In this document: piece by piece, positions 19,911-29,935 of the stretch
How positions within the stretch are numbered: the stretch's first letter is position 1
Layout: each line of letters starts with the position of its first letter
DNA from: a bacterium
GTDB lineage: Bacteria > JAMOTN01
Assembly (NCBI GenBank): GCA_027062325.1
Contig: JAMOTN010000018.1
Span: 1-46,158 of the forward strand
DNA: 46,158 nt
Direction: 5' to 3'
Made by a program: the position numbers and the translations under genes
Notes under the pieces: model-generated
What the model saw: only the letters and a program-made list of their open reading frames with translations
Told to the model about the DNA's origin: nothing
Database searches by the model: none

Positions 19911-21224
19911 TTACTTTTTCACTTCAAATTTGTAATCAGTCTGTGCCATTAAAATCATCGCACGAACCACTCGCACAGCCTCCAACAACTGGGTATCCCA
20001 CTTGCTTATCCAAGGGGCTGGTAAATCCTTAACTTCATTCTTGTGTTGCTTCTCGTACTCCTTCTGCTTTTCAACTGCTGTTGCATACGCACCTAAAACG
20101 TACTCCCACTCTCTCATCAAATCTTTGTAAACCTCTTCAGAAGAGTAAACCACATCTGGAAGAGTAACCTTTATATTTGGCTCAATCCCCTTTTTGTGAA
20201 TACATACACCACTTGGCGTGTAGTACCATGCAGTAGTCAATGCTAAAGCTGAACCATCAGACAAATTGAAAACTGTCTGAACACAACCCTTTCCAAACGT
20301 CTTTTCGCCTATCAATATCGCACGCTTATGATCCTTTAAAGCACCGGATAAAATCTCACTTGCACTTGCACTTCCTCCATTCACCAACACTACCATAGGA
20401 AGAAGCGGGTGCGTTTTATAAAATGACGAATAGCTTGTTTTGTGACCAAACCTATCTTTGGTGTATACAATCACTCCTCTTGGTATGAACTTTCTTGCTA
20501 CCTCTATCGCTGCTGTAAGAAGTCCTCCCGGATTGTTGCGCAAATCCAATATTATGCCTTTAACTCCCTCTGCTTCAAACTCATTCAAAGCCTTTTCTAC
20601 ATCGTAAGGCACATCTTGAGTAAACTGGGTAATCATAATGTAACCTATGTCATCTCCTATCTTTTTCCAACCAACATGCTTTATCTTAACCTCATCCCTT
20701 GTTACAACAACCTTAAACGTTCCTTTACCTTTTCTAAAAATAGTAAGTTCAACCGTACTACCCTTGGGACCACGCAACTTCTTAACTATTTGATGTAAGT
20801 TGTACTTTCTAACATCCTCTCCATTTACCTTTATTATCTTATCACCAGCAAGTAAGCCCACCTTGGTCGCTGGAGTACCAAAAATTGGAGATATTATTTT
20901 TATATACTTGTCATCATCCTGTGTGATAACTATACCTATTCCGTAGAATTTCCCACTCAAATTACTTTTCATCTCTTTATATGCATCTTTTGGTATGTAG
21001 CGTGTAAATGGATCATTCAAAGTCTCTAACAATCCCCTTATTGCTCCTTCAACCATCTTATCCTCTTCCGGAGCAGGCTCCACGTATCTATCCTTAACAA
21101 GCCCTTCAACCTCTTTTAGAATCTCCCATTTGCTATAATTTTTCACAACCTCGGCTGCCCGAACATTGAAATTGAAGACTAATAACATAATAAAAGCCAA
21201 TAATAGGAAACTCTTACGAAACAT
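19911..21224 (-). CDS. ctpA: Carboxyl-terminal processing protease, S41 family with PDZ domain
   Basis: ILDLRNNPGG, SASASEI, TFGKGCVQ; signal peptide. Confidence 0.93.
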   Translation of the reverse strand: MFRKSFLLLAFIMLLVFNFNVRAAEVVKNYSKWEILKEVEGLVKDRYVEPAPEEDKMVEGAIRGLLETLNDPFTRYIPKDAYKEMKSNLSGKFYGIGIVITQDDDKYIKIISPIFGTPATKVGLLAGDKIIKVNGEDVRKYNLHQIVKKLRGPKGSTVELTIFRKGKGTFKVVVTRDEVKIKHVGWKKIGDDIGYIMITQFTQDVPYDVEKALNEFEAEGVKGIILDLRNNPGGLLTAAIEVARKFIPRGVIVYTKDRFGHKTSYSSFYKTHPLLPMVVLVNGGSASASEILSGALKDHKRAILIGEKTFGKGCVQTVFNLSDGSALALTTAWYYTPSGVCIHKKGIEPNIKVTLPDVVYSSEEVYKDLMREWEYVLGAYATAVEKQKEYEKQHKNEVKDLPAPWISKWDTQLLEAVRVVRAMILMAQTDYKFEVKK

Positions 21225-21245
21225 TCTACTCCCTCCCTTGAAGCA

Positions 21246-22277
21246 TCATTTTGCAAATAACTCCATAGGATCAACCAACCTTCCCTTATATCTTACTACA
21301 ATCTTTAAAGGCACCGAACCTGCAAATCCAACAAGCTCCCCTGCCATCAATTTACTAAACTTTTTAACAACTACTGAAGATAATCCCGATAAAACCACTT
21401 CGTAATCCCCTCCTGAAAGCACAACAACATAACCTATATCCTCAACAAACACCACACTCTCAACATCTGAGTCTATCGGAGCTATTACTCTACCACTCAA
21501 AGGTTTCAAGTAAACTCCATCGTTGAAATACACACCTCCACCGGGTAATTTTTTCTTTCCAAATTTTTCCAGAATCTCATACTTTTCCACAGGACAAATA
21601 AACTTTTTTTCTTTTTGGGAAACTTTCCTCTTCCTATCAACAACAGCCTGCTCTTTTTTTTGTAACTTAGACTGCCTAACCAACTTCAACTTGAATGTAT
21701 AAAGCTTCTTTAAGCCCTCCAATTTGATTTTTATTCCCTCTATTTGAGAATAAAGCTCATCTACACTCTTCAACTTCTCCTGCAGCTCTTCCATAGTTCT
21801 TTCTAACTCATCTCTTTTGACTTTATATTCGTTAACTATTTTAAAAAGTCTCCTATATTCACCCGCTAAAAATTTATTCACCACTATTACCACACCTGCT
21901 GTTGCTCCCTGTGAAAAAAAGCTACTAGCGTCTCTTTTCAACTTTAAAGAAGCTGCTAAAAAAATTATCTTCTTTAAAATCTCTTTTGAATTTTTATACC
22001 TAGTTTGCAACCTATCTAGTATTTTTTCCACATTTTTCAATCTACTCTCCAACTCGACTCTTTCTACAATCAAGCTCTCTTTTTTATTTTTCAATTTTTC
22101 CAACTTTACTTCTACAGAAGCAATCTTTTCTTTCAACTCTTTCAACTGGTTCTTTATCTCTTCTAACTTCAAGTCATCAAGCAAGTCTATATTGGACAAC
22201 TCTGCCCCTTGAGCTAAAAAAAATAACGATAAAATCAATTCCAAAACCCCAATTGTAAATAAAATTCTCCACCTCAC
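21246..22277 (-). CDS. EnvC-like murein hydrolase activator (coiled coil plus degenerate M23)
   Basis: Signal peptide, long coiled coil, C-terminal LytM-like end (..RYKGRLVDP) without HxH; follows ftsEX. Start approximate. Confidence 0.75.
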   Translation of the reverse strand: MRWRILFTIGVLELILSLFFLAQGAELSNIDLLDDLKLEEIKNQLKELKEKIASVEVKLEKLKNKKESLIVERVELESRLKNVEKILDRLQTRYKNSKEILKKIIFLAASLKLKRDASSFFSQGATAGVVIVVNKFLAGEYRRLFKIVNEYKVKRDELERTMEELQEKLKSVDELYSQIEGIKIKLEGLKKLYTFKLKLVRQSKLQKKEQAVVDRKRKVSQKEKKFICPVEKYEILEKFGKKKLPGGGVYFNDGVYLKPLSGRVIAPIDSDVESVVFVEDIGYVVVLSGGDYEVVLSGLSSVVVKKFSKLMAGELVGFAGSVPLKIVVRYKGRLVDPMELFAK

Positions 22278-22291
22278 TAGCACAACCCCCG

Positions 22292-23029
22292 CTACACTGA
22301 AAGAAGAGCACTTACAAATGTTGAGAATAAAATCACTACACACACCCTTGCCAAAACCTTAACAGGGATAACAAAGCTAAAATCAAAAGCTGTAGCAACT
22401 CCCATCCACATCAAAACAGAAATTAAAATCGAGGTGACAGCCACAAAAAACGCATAAAAAACAAATGGCCACTTTATAAACCATTCAGTAGCACCAACAA
22501 GCCTCATTATTTCTATTTCAGTAGCATGTGCAAAAACAGATATTCTAATCTGGATAAACGCTATTATCATCACAACTGCTATAAAAAGTATTCTAAAAAC
22601 AAGAGCATATTTTAAAAACAGCTGCCTCAACTTTGAGAAAAACACTCTTTTGGCGGTATCACGATAAACTGCTCTTATTCCTTCTACTCTATCCAATCCT
22701 TCTCTCCACTTAACAAGAGCCACGCGCGGTAGTGCCACATCTCCAATATCTCCTATTAAATCTCCCAACATTTTTCTAACCTCATCAGGAGCAAAAACTT
22801 TTCTAACATCCAATCCCTTCAGAGCACTTTCATCTTCAAACCAAATTACCGCCTCATCTTCACTCAAGGCAATATCCAACTTCCTCTTCAATTCCTCCAC
22901 ACTTAACTCAAATCCAAGCAAAATTTGAGCTATCAAAGCAATCACAAAAGCTACAGCAAAACTCTGTTTCCAATTCTTTCTAAAAATTAAAAAACCCTCT
23001 TTTAAAAAAAACACAATCACATCAAACAT
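22292..23029 (-). CDS. ftsX: Cell division permease FtsX
   Basis: EIEIMRLVGATEWFIKWPF; follows ftsE. Confidence 0.88.
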   Translation of the reverse strand: MFDVIVFFLKEGFLIFRKNWKQSFAVAFVIALIAQILLGFELSVEELKRKLDIALSEDEAVIWFEDESALKGLDVRKVFAPDEVRKMLGDLIGDIGDVALPRVALVKWREGLDRVEGIRAVYRDTAKRVFFSKLRQLFLKYALVFRILFIAVVMIIAFIQIRISVFAHATEIEIMRLVGATEWFIKWPFVFYAFFVAVTSILISVLMWMGVATAFDFSFVIPVKVLARVCVVILFSTFVSALLSV

Positions 23030-23717
23030 AACGATAGCCACCCTTGCCGTCGTCTCTAGTCTTTATACCATCTTGAAGAGCTATTACACGATAATCGCGT
23101 GAATTCACGATTCCCGCATTGTGAGTTACCATTACAACCGTAGTTCCCTCTTTATTCAAATCCTCAAATAACTGAAGTATCTCCTCACTAACATACGGAT
23201 CCAAATTTCCCGTTGGCTCATCTGTCAAAAGAATCGAAGGCTTATTAACGATTGCTCTTGCAATTGCCACACGCTGCTGTTCTCCACCTGAGAGCTGATC
23301 TGGATACATCCCCCTTTTATGAAGTAGATCCACTCTCCCCAATGCATCTTCTGTAGCCTTCTTAACAAAATTCTCAGAAAATCCACAAACTCTCAGAGCA
23401 AAAGCCACATTTTCAAATACTGTTCTATCACGAATAAGCTTAAAATCCTGAAAAACCACCCCTATGTTCCTTCTCAAAAAAGCTATCTCCCATTTTTTCA
23501 ATTTAGAAACGTCCCTTCCATCAACTAAAACCTCTCCACTCGTTGGTTTTTCCTCCGCGTATATCAACTTAACAAGAGTAGTTTTTCCAGCACCTGCTGG
23601 CCCTATTACAAACACAAATTCTCCCGACAGGATTGATAAACTTATGTTTGAAAGTGCAACTATCCCATTAGTGTAAACTTTACTTACATTATAAAACTGA
23701 ATTATGGGAAAAGACAT
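23022..23717 (-). CDS. ftsE: Cell division ATP-binding protein FtsE
   Basis: GPAGAGKT, LRRNIGVVFQDFKL, LSGGEQQRVAIARA, DEPTGNLDP. Confidence 0.95.
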   Translation of the reverse strand: MSFPIIQFYNVSKVYTNGIVALSNISLSILSGEFVFVIGPAGAGKTTLVKLIYAEEKPTSGEVLVDGRDVSKLKKWEIAFLRRNIGVVFQDFKLIRDRTVFENVAFALRVCGFSENFVKKATEDALGRVDLLHKRGMYPDQLSGGEQQRVAIARAIVNKPSILLTDEPTGNLDPYVSEEILQLFEDLNKEGTTVVMVTHNAGIVNSRDYRVIALQDGIKTRDDGKGGYRYV

Positions 23718-23751
23718 AGGCTACCACCTTTTAATAAGGTTCACTAAGTAA

Positions 23752-24960
23752 TTATTCTTCTTCTTTCGAAAAAGCCATTTCCAGTAAGTTTAACAATAAA
23801 GTTAATACAAATACATACGTCAAAAACAGCAACACGTGCAACAACTTGTTTGCAAACGGATAACCCACCTCTAATACAGGTAATAACACAAAAATAAACG
23901 ACGTCATTCCCAAAACCTTTGCCCAATCTGCCCCTTTTCCTACAAACATAGCAAGAATTAAAAACAAAACTAGGGCAACTTCCTGAAAATTAAGCCATTC
24001 TCCAAATTGCTGAGCCATCCAAAGTTTTATTTCTGAGAATAGGTAAGATCCTCCAAATAAACGGGTTGACAACAAAATTACAAGGATCATCGAAAATATC
24101 CAAAATCCTCGCTGCTCCTTCTCCAACAACTTTTTTCCAGCAACGTAAGAAAGGTAAATAAAAGTAAAGAAAGGTAAAAACGACAAAGCGTAGTTTTTCT
24201 CCAAACCAAGAGCATAAACCGGACTCCAAACAGCGACATAAGCAAGAAGCGCAACTGCCGTTAAGTCTAATACTGCCCACAATACATCCATTACACCTTG
24301 AACTTCCTTATAATAAACTCGAGCAAGAAGGGTTACAAGCACTGTGTACGCTACCACAACTGCAGGATTAGTTTTTCCCACCAAGAAGAAAAAACTCATT
24401 AAAACAAGAACAGGGGTATCCAAGTACTCCAAAATTAATAGTGCCAACAGTACCAAAGCCATAACTTTCAGAATATACCACCTATTTCCGAAATTTGAAC
24501 GATAAACTCCAAAGGTTTCGCATTTTTTATTTCCTTTCTTATCAAAAGCCAATACACACGCTCCTACTCCTTCCCTTGCAGCATACTCAAGTTCAAAAGT
24601 TGAAACATTTTCCGAAGGAAACCACCAAGCCTTCACAACTTTCTTCCAAATTTCTGGATGTCTGTATATCCATTCTTTACCATTCTTTGCTTCAGGTAGC
24701 GAGTAATTTTCCAAAACCAAAATTGGTACCCTTTTCAAAGCCATCTTAAAATCTGAAGGTAAATTTTTTCTGAGCAGTACAACAGGCCTTTCTAAATTTT
24801 CAGACACATCTACATCTGTAATCCAAGTAATACATCTTGACCCTAGCACTAAAGGTTCCCTTACCTGAAAGCTTTTCCAACCCTTATCAACAAGAATTAT
24901 CTCAAAGAGAACCACAATCAAAAGAGAAGCTGTCCACAGCAACCAGCTACTTACCTTCAA
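23752..24960 (-). CDS. Hypothetical polytopic membrane protein
   Basis: N-terminal anchor, soluble domain, then many hydrophobic segments; overlaps the upstream gene. Confidence 0.7.
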   Translation of the reverse strand: MKVSSWLLWTASLLIVVLFEIILVDKGWKSFQVREPLVLGSRCITWITDVDVSENLERPVVLLRKNLPSDFKMALKRVPILVLENYSLPEAKNGKEWIYRHPEIWKKVVKAWWFPSENVSTFELEYAAREGVGACVLAFDKKGNKKCETFGVYRSNFGNRWYILKVMALVLLALLILEYLDTPVLVLMSFFFLVGKTNPAVVVAYTVLVTLLARVYYKEVQGVMDVLWAVLDLTAVALLAYVAVWSPVYALGLEKNYALSFLPFFTFIYLSYVAGKKLLEKEQRGFWIFSMILVILLSTRLFGGSYLFSEIKLWMAQQFGEWLNFQEVALVLFLILAMFVGKGADWAKVLGMTSFIFVLLPVLEVGYPFANKLLHVLLFLTYVFVLTLLLNLLEMAFSKEEE

Positions 24961-25648
24961 CTATTAATACCCCCTTGTTTATCTGAATATTTGTTACCCT
25001 ATCAACCGGTATCTGATACTTTGAAAAATCAACAACCGGATTTATCAAGCTGGCAAGCTTTTTTAAAAAGCGACGTGTTACCCTACTACCGTTAATTATA
25101 GCAACTGTGGGAACAAAATACACCTTATTCTTCTTAGAGACAAATTTTCCCTCTACTTTAAAAGCAGTTTTTAATCCCAAAACTTTCGTTACACCTTCCA
25201 AGTGAAGGCGTCCTTTTTTTAAAACAACCTTTCCATTCTCCAATCCCAACTTCTTAGTTTTTTTCTTAAAAAACTGATTCAAATCCTCTTCTCTAACTTG
25301 AACAACAAAGTCAACATCACCAATCTTCTCCACCTTTATTTTTTCTAAATCGAATAAATCCTTCACATCTAGAACCAGATTCTTTACTTTTAAAGCCAGG
25401 AAGTCCACCGTAAGATCTCGAATGCAAGCTCGGCGTGCCTCCAGATTTATATTCCCAATCACCCCATTCTTGTCTCTTATTGTCACCTCTACGCTGCACA
25501 ACTGGGGTGCGTATTCCTTTTTCAATATCTCCTTCAACTTTTCGTAAACCTCTTGGGTAGAATAAACTTTTACCTCTTTCATACTCCAAGCCATTCCCGT
25601 CATCATAAAAAACACTAATAGGAGTAACCCAGTAACCCTTCTCACCAA
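24947..25648 (-). CDS. Exported protein, DUF2993/LmeA-like
   Basis: Signal peptide, 'VREEDLNQFF', 'INPVVDFS..IP'; SD GGAGGTG. Confidence 0.6.
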   Translation of the reverse strand: MVRRVTGLLLLVFFMMTGMAWSMKEVKVYSTQEVYEKLKEILKKEYAPQLCSVEVTIRDKNGVIGNINLEARRACIRDLTVDFLALKVKNLVLDVKDLFDLEKIKVEKIGDVDFVVQVREEDLNQFFKKKTKKLGLENGKVVLKKGRLHLEGVTKVLGLKTAFKVEGKFVSKKNKVYFVPTVAIINGSRVTRRFLKKLASLINPVVDFSKYQIPVDRVTNIQINKGVLIVEGK

Positions 25649-25892
25649 TATGCACCTCCATTATATTACTTCCAACTTCAAAATTTTCAATTATACCTTC
25701 TTTTATATCTTTCGGTAGCAACTTAAAGCTATTTATTACTGGTATTTTTAAGAGCTCTTTTGAATTGCTCAAAGGTATAACACCTAAAGAGGCAAATTTC
25801 AAAGCCAAAAGCAATTCAACTATTAGATTTTTCCCCGGCAGCAGAAGAAACGACATACTCTTCACCTTGAATGGTATTAAAAATCCAACATC

Positions 25893-27794
25893 CTAAATTG
25901 TGTTTTCCTGATTACGCTCTTTATTCTGCTCTCCTTCTTTCAAAAACCTCTCAAACTCAGACAATCGCTTTGGATCAATCTCAGCTATGCATACTCTATT
26001 ACGTCCAGATTCCTTTGCTCTGTATAGTGCTTCATCTGCCTGCTTTATAAGCTCATTCTTTTCATCTGCATGCAGAGGAAAAGTAGCCACTCCAACACTT
26101 ATCGTAACTTTTAAAGGCTGCCCAGTCTCTGGATGAGTATACGTAGAGCTCTCAACTTTTTTACGTAAACGCTCTGCAAAAGCAAATGCCCCTTTGTAAT
26201 CTGTCTCCGGCAAAATTGCCATAAACTCCTCTCCACCGTAGCGTGCAGGCAGATCGCTCTTTCTAACAGTCTCCCTCATAATACGCGCAGTCTCTGCTAA
26301 CACCATATCTCCAACCTGGTGTCCATAAACGTCATTAAACTTCTTAAAATGATCTATATCCGTCAGAACTATGGAGACTGGATGCTTGTAGCGCTTGGCT
26401 CTTTCAAGTTCACGATCTAAGAATTCCTGCATATAGCGATGTGTATAAAGTCCTGTCAAACCGTCAACGTTCGCAAGAAGCTCTGTCTTTTTAAACAACA
26501 TTGCATTTTGAATACTCATACCGGCCAAAGCTGCAAGGATCGCTAGTATTCGGGAGTCTTCTTTTAAAGCCTCCGTATCTTTCTCCTCATTGTATTCAAA
26601 TATTGCAATCACTCCTTTAAAAGATTCTTCATCTTGCTCTTCACCATGAGTCATTGGAGCAGCAAGTAACGGCTTCACTTCACTTGTATTAAGTAGCGAT
26701 CGAAGTGCAAAGTTTTCACTCGTTTCCGCAGGAGAAAGAACAACTTTCTCCTTTATAACGTAAACTAACACATTAACACTTTCATCAAGGGGCAACACGG
26801 ACATCTTTTGAACAGATATAGGATCCAATCCAACATGCTTTTTCATTATCATCTTACCCTTTTCTACCGCGAATATAGCAGCCTTTTTAGCAGCAAGCAA
26901 TTGTGGTAAAACCCTCACAACCTCTTCCATTATCTTTTCAGGATCCAAGCTACGCGCTATTGCTTTTGTGACAGCTTGAAGCTGCACAAATCTCTGTCCC
27001 ATTGCAAATACTTTTTTACCAATATCCTTCGTTTGCTCAAGCAATCTCCCACGCTTTTCTAACTCATTTCGAGCAACAGCTAATTCCACTTCTACCGTCT
27101 TTTTTACATCCGAACAAACCTTTTTAAACCATAATGCACTTCCAATAGACGCCACAGAAGTTCCAAATCCAAGAATAGAAAGGGTAAGTAAATAACTCGA
27201 CGCTGCTAAAAAGTTCCCCCAACTTTTTTGAACGACTTCGACTATCTCACTAGGAGCTCCAATCGCAACCAGTACAGACATAGTCATTTGGAGAATTTTA
27301 TTCACAGAAATTAAATAACTATTTCTAGCAATTAAAATCAAAACCGCTAGCACAAAGAGTGTTATTGGCCCTATTATAAGCGGATCCAACATCAAAGCAA
27401 TAAATCCCAACAATAAAGCCAAAGCTGCAAACCATCCCATCTTTTTTAAATGCCTAAAAAGGCTTGCAATTACCGATGGATAGCTATCTCTTCTCACGTC
27501 CGAGTTTGCCAATCCAAATTCATAGTAATGTGGAACAGCAGTTTCATCTATATCTATTATTTTGGGAATCTTTGACAATCCTATTGGATTTTGATAAGTA
27601 AAATTCAATCCCTTAAAAATAGAAGACGCTTCTTCTAAAGTTTTAATTTTCCCAGAAAAAATCAACAAAAAACCAGCACAAGCCAAACTCAACAGCATAA
27701 AAACTATTGCCAATTTACGCCTTAAGCTCTCGAAACTGCTGAATTTCTCAAACAATTCATCAACACTTTTTAACTCTGCCTTGCCTATCTCCAA
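25893..27794 (-). CDS. Membrane-anchored GAF-GGDEF diguanylate cyclase
   Basis: N-terminal TM segments, GAF, DGLTGLYTHR, DIDHFKKFND, I-site RKSD, RYGGEEF. Confidence 0.92.
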   Translation of the reverse strand: MEIGKAELKSVDELFEKFSSFESLRRKLAIVFMLLSLACAGFLLIFSGKIKTLEEASSIFKGLNFTYQNPIGLSKIPKIIDIDETAVPHYYEFGLANSDVRRDSYPSVIASLFRHLKKMGWFAALALLLGFIALMLDPLIIGPITLFVLAVLILIARNSYLISVNKILQMTMSVLVAIGAPSEIVEVVQKSWGNFLAASSYLLTLSILGFGTSVASIGSALWFKKVCSDVKKTVEVELAVARNELEKRGRLLEQTKDIGKKVFAMGQRFVQLQAVTKAIARSLDPEKIMEEVVRVLPQLLAAKKAAIFAVEKGKMIMKKHVGLDPISVQKMSVLPLDESVNVLVYVIKEKVVLSPAETSENFALRSLLNTSEVKPLLAAPMTHGEEQDEESFKGVIAIFEYNEEKDTEALKEDSRILAILAALAGMSIQNAMLFKKTELLANVDGLTGLYTHRYMQEFLDRELERAKRYKHPVSIVLTDIDHFKKFNDVYGHQVGDMVLAETARIMRETVRKSDLPARYGGEEFMAILPETDYKGAFAFAERLRKKVESSTYTHPETGQPLKVTISVGVATFPLHADEKNELIKQADEALYRAKESGRNRVCIAEIDPKRLSEFERFLKEGEQNKERNQENTI

Positions 27795-27821
27795 CTAACT
27801 CCCCTACCTATAGACAGTATT

Positions 27822-27851
27822 GAGGCCCGAGGTAATATCCCCTCGAGCCCC
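27822..27851 (-). other. GC-rich stem-loop downstream of metK, without a U-tract
   Basis: Minus strand GGGGCTCGAGG-GGATATTA-CCTCGGGCCTC. Confidence 0.55.
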
Positions 27852-27869
27852 TATTCAAAAATTCAAGCA

Positions 27870-29060
27870 CTATAAGCCAAAATATCGCTTAAGTTCATCC
27901 ACCATATCCAATTTTTCCCAAGGAAGCTCAACATCCATTCTACCAAAGTGTCCGTAAGCTGCTGTCTGTTTGTATATCGGACGCCTTAAATCAAAATGCT
28001 TTATTATTGCTCCGGGCCTCAGATCAAACAGCTCTTTTACAGCCTTCTCAATTTGTTCTGGATCTACTTTGTGAGTTCCAAAAGTTTCAACAAATATGGA
28101 TATTGGATGGGCAACTCCTATGGCATATGAAAGCTGTATTTCACATCTATCAGCAAGTCCTGCCGCAACTATGTTTTTTGCAACCCAACGAGCTGCATAA
28201 GAAGCACTCCTGTCAACTTTTGTTGGATCCTTTCCAGAGAAAGCTCCACCACCATGACGTGCCATTCCCCCATAAGTGTCAACTATGATCTTACGCCCTG
28301 TCAAACCACTATCTGCGTGAGGTCCACCCAAAACAAAGCGCCCTGTTGGATTAACGTAATAAGTAGTACCCTCTAACATATCCGCAGGAATAACCTCTTT
28401 TATCACACGCTCAATAAGCTCCTGTCTCAGCACTTCAAGCCCAATATCTGGATTGTGCTGAGCTGACAAAACAACAGTTGTAACTCTTTTGGGAGTAAAT
28501 CCCTCATACTCAACTGTAACCTGACTTTTTCCATCAGGTCTCAGATATGGAAGCTCGCCGCTTTTTCTTAACTCTGCCAACCTTTTGACAAGTCTGTGAG
28601 CAAATGCTATTGGTGTTGGCATGTATTCAGGAGTTTCATTACAAGCAAATCCAAACATCATTCCCTGATCTCCTGCTCCTATTTTGAGAAGTGGATCCTC
28701 AACATTTTGCCCCTCTTTTGCCTCATAACTTTCATTAACTCCCATTGCAATATCTGGAGATTGCTCGTCGATAGCCGTAACCACTGCACAACTATCAGCA
28801 TCAAAACCATATTCAGGTGAGTCATAACCTATCTCCTTTATAGTCTTTCTAACAATTTTGGGAATATCAACATAACACTTGGTTGTTATCTCTCCCATCA
28901 CAAAAACTATCCCCGTAGTAACAGAAGTCTCACAAGCTACCCTACCTTCTGGATCCTGCTCTAAAATAGAATCCAAGATAGCATCTGAAACTTGATCTGC
29001 CACTTTATCTGGGTGTCCCTCAGTAACAGATTCCGATGTAAAAACCCACTTTCTTTCCAA
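27870..29060 (-). CDS. metK: S-adenosylmethionine synthetase
   Basis: [35 protein letters not shown]. Start at TTG 29060 behind SD AAGGAGG. Confidence 0.98.
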   Translation of the reverse strand: MERKWVFTSESVTEGHPDKVADQVSDAILDSILEQDPEGRVACETSVTTGIVFVMGEITTKCYVDIPKIVRKTIKEIGYDSPEYGFDADSCAVVTAIDEQSPDIAMGVNESYEAKEGQNVEDPLLKIGAGDQGMMFGFACNETPEYMPTPIAFAHRLVKRLAELRKSGELPYLRPDGKSQVTVEYEGFTPKRVTTVVLSAQHNPDIGLEVLRQELIERVIKEVIPADMLEGTTYYVNPTGRFVLGGPHADSGLTGRKIIVDTYGGMARHGGGAFSGKDPTKVDRSASYAARWVAKNIVAAGLADRCEIQLSYAIGVAHPISIFVETFGTHKVDPEQIEKAVKELFDLRPGAIIKHFDLRRPIYKQTAAYGHFGRMDVELPWEKLDMVDELKRYFGL

Positions 29061-29096
29061 TTCCGTTCCCTCCTTTCTCCTTCCCTTTTCTAGCAA

Positions 29097-29828
29097 TTAT
29101 TCCAACTCAGTTCTCATTTCAGTCTTAGCTTTAGTAGTAATCATCTGCTTCTCACCATCTACCTCCTGCACAGTTATTGCAGTTGCCCTTATCTTAACCA
29201 CACTCTTTACCAAGATTCCTTTGTCTATGTCAACATAAATTTTTCCGTATGAACTCAAATTTAGTCTATTCGTACCAGTATACTTTGCAATATTTTCCCC
29301 CTTTACTTCTATCACAGCGCATTTTCTCCCTTTGTACGTTTTAACATCACTGATAGTGTAAGTGTACTTTATCTTTGCTGGAATTATCCCATCAACATCC
29401 ATAATTCTGCTCCATGTATATCCTATGCTGACCTTACCGCTAGGAAGTGGAAATACACTTCCTTCAAGCATCTTTTTATCAACACCGTAAGCTTCCAAAA
29501 GGTTCCCGTGCTCATCTAATTTCATCGTAAATACTTTTTCAAGCTCCTTAGCATACCTTTTTTGAGTTCCAACTTGAACAACAGGATTTTTTATTGTACA
29601 CAAGAAAAGGTACTTACCATCTTTAACTTCAACCACTCTTTGTTCCAATTCCAAAGTTGTAACAGTGCTTATCGTTTTCTTTCCAATTGAAGCCGCTATA
29701 ATTGTATTCATTCTCACCTGCGTTTTATACTTAAAAACATCCCCAACTTTTACGTTTGTTCTCAGCTCAAATGACGAAGCACTCGTAACCAAGAAAAGTG
29801 TTAGAATAAAAATAAGTACTTTTCTCAT
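29097..29828 (-). CDS. Exported beta-rich hypothetical protein (DUF6263-like)
   Basis: Signal peptide; 'LPSGKVSIGYTW', 'YKGRKCAVI', 'IYVDIDKGILVKS'. Confidence 0.55.
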   Translation of the reverse strand: MRKVLIFILTLFLVTSASSFELRTNVKVGDVFKYKTQVRMNTIIAASIGKKTISTVTTLELEQRVVEVKDGKYLFLCTIKNPVVQVGTQKRYAKELEKVFTMKLDEHGNLLEAYGVDKKMLEGSVFPLPSGKVSIGYTWSRIMDVDGIIPAKIKYTYTISDVKTYKGRKCAVIEVKGENIAKYTGTNRLNLSSYGKIYVDIDKGILVKSVVKIRATAITVQEVDGEKQMITTKAKTEMRTELE

Positions 29829-29881
29829 ACTTCTCCCTCCCTTTAAAATTGAATAAAAGCTAAGAAATCGTCTAGTCCACT

Positions 29882-29917
29882 TGTTATAATTTTAGTGTAA
29901 ATGTCAAATTCTTTCAA
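29882..29917. promoter_or_regulatory. Overlapping divergent sigma70-type promoters
   Basis: Minus: TTGAAA(29917-29912)-17-TAAAAT(29894-29889). Plus: extended -10 TGtTATAAT (29882-29890). Confidence 0.5.
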
Positions 29918-29935
29918 TGATCAGGGGGGATAATC

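Noticed and set aside
29061-29096. SAM riboswitch or longer N-terminus for metK
   Set aside because: No room for a riboswitch, and the SD supports the TTG start at 29060.
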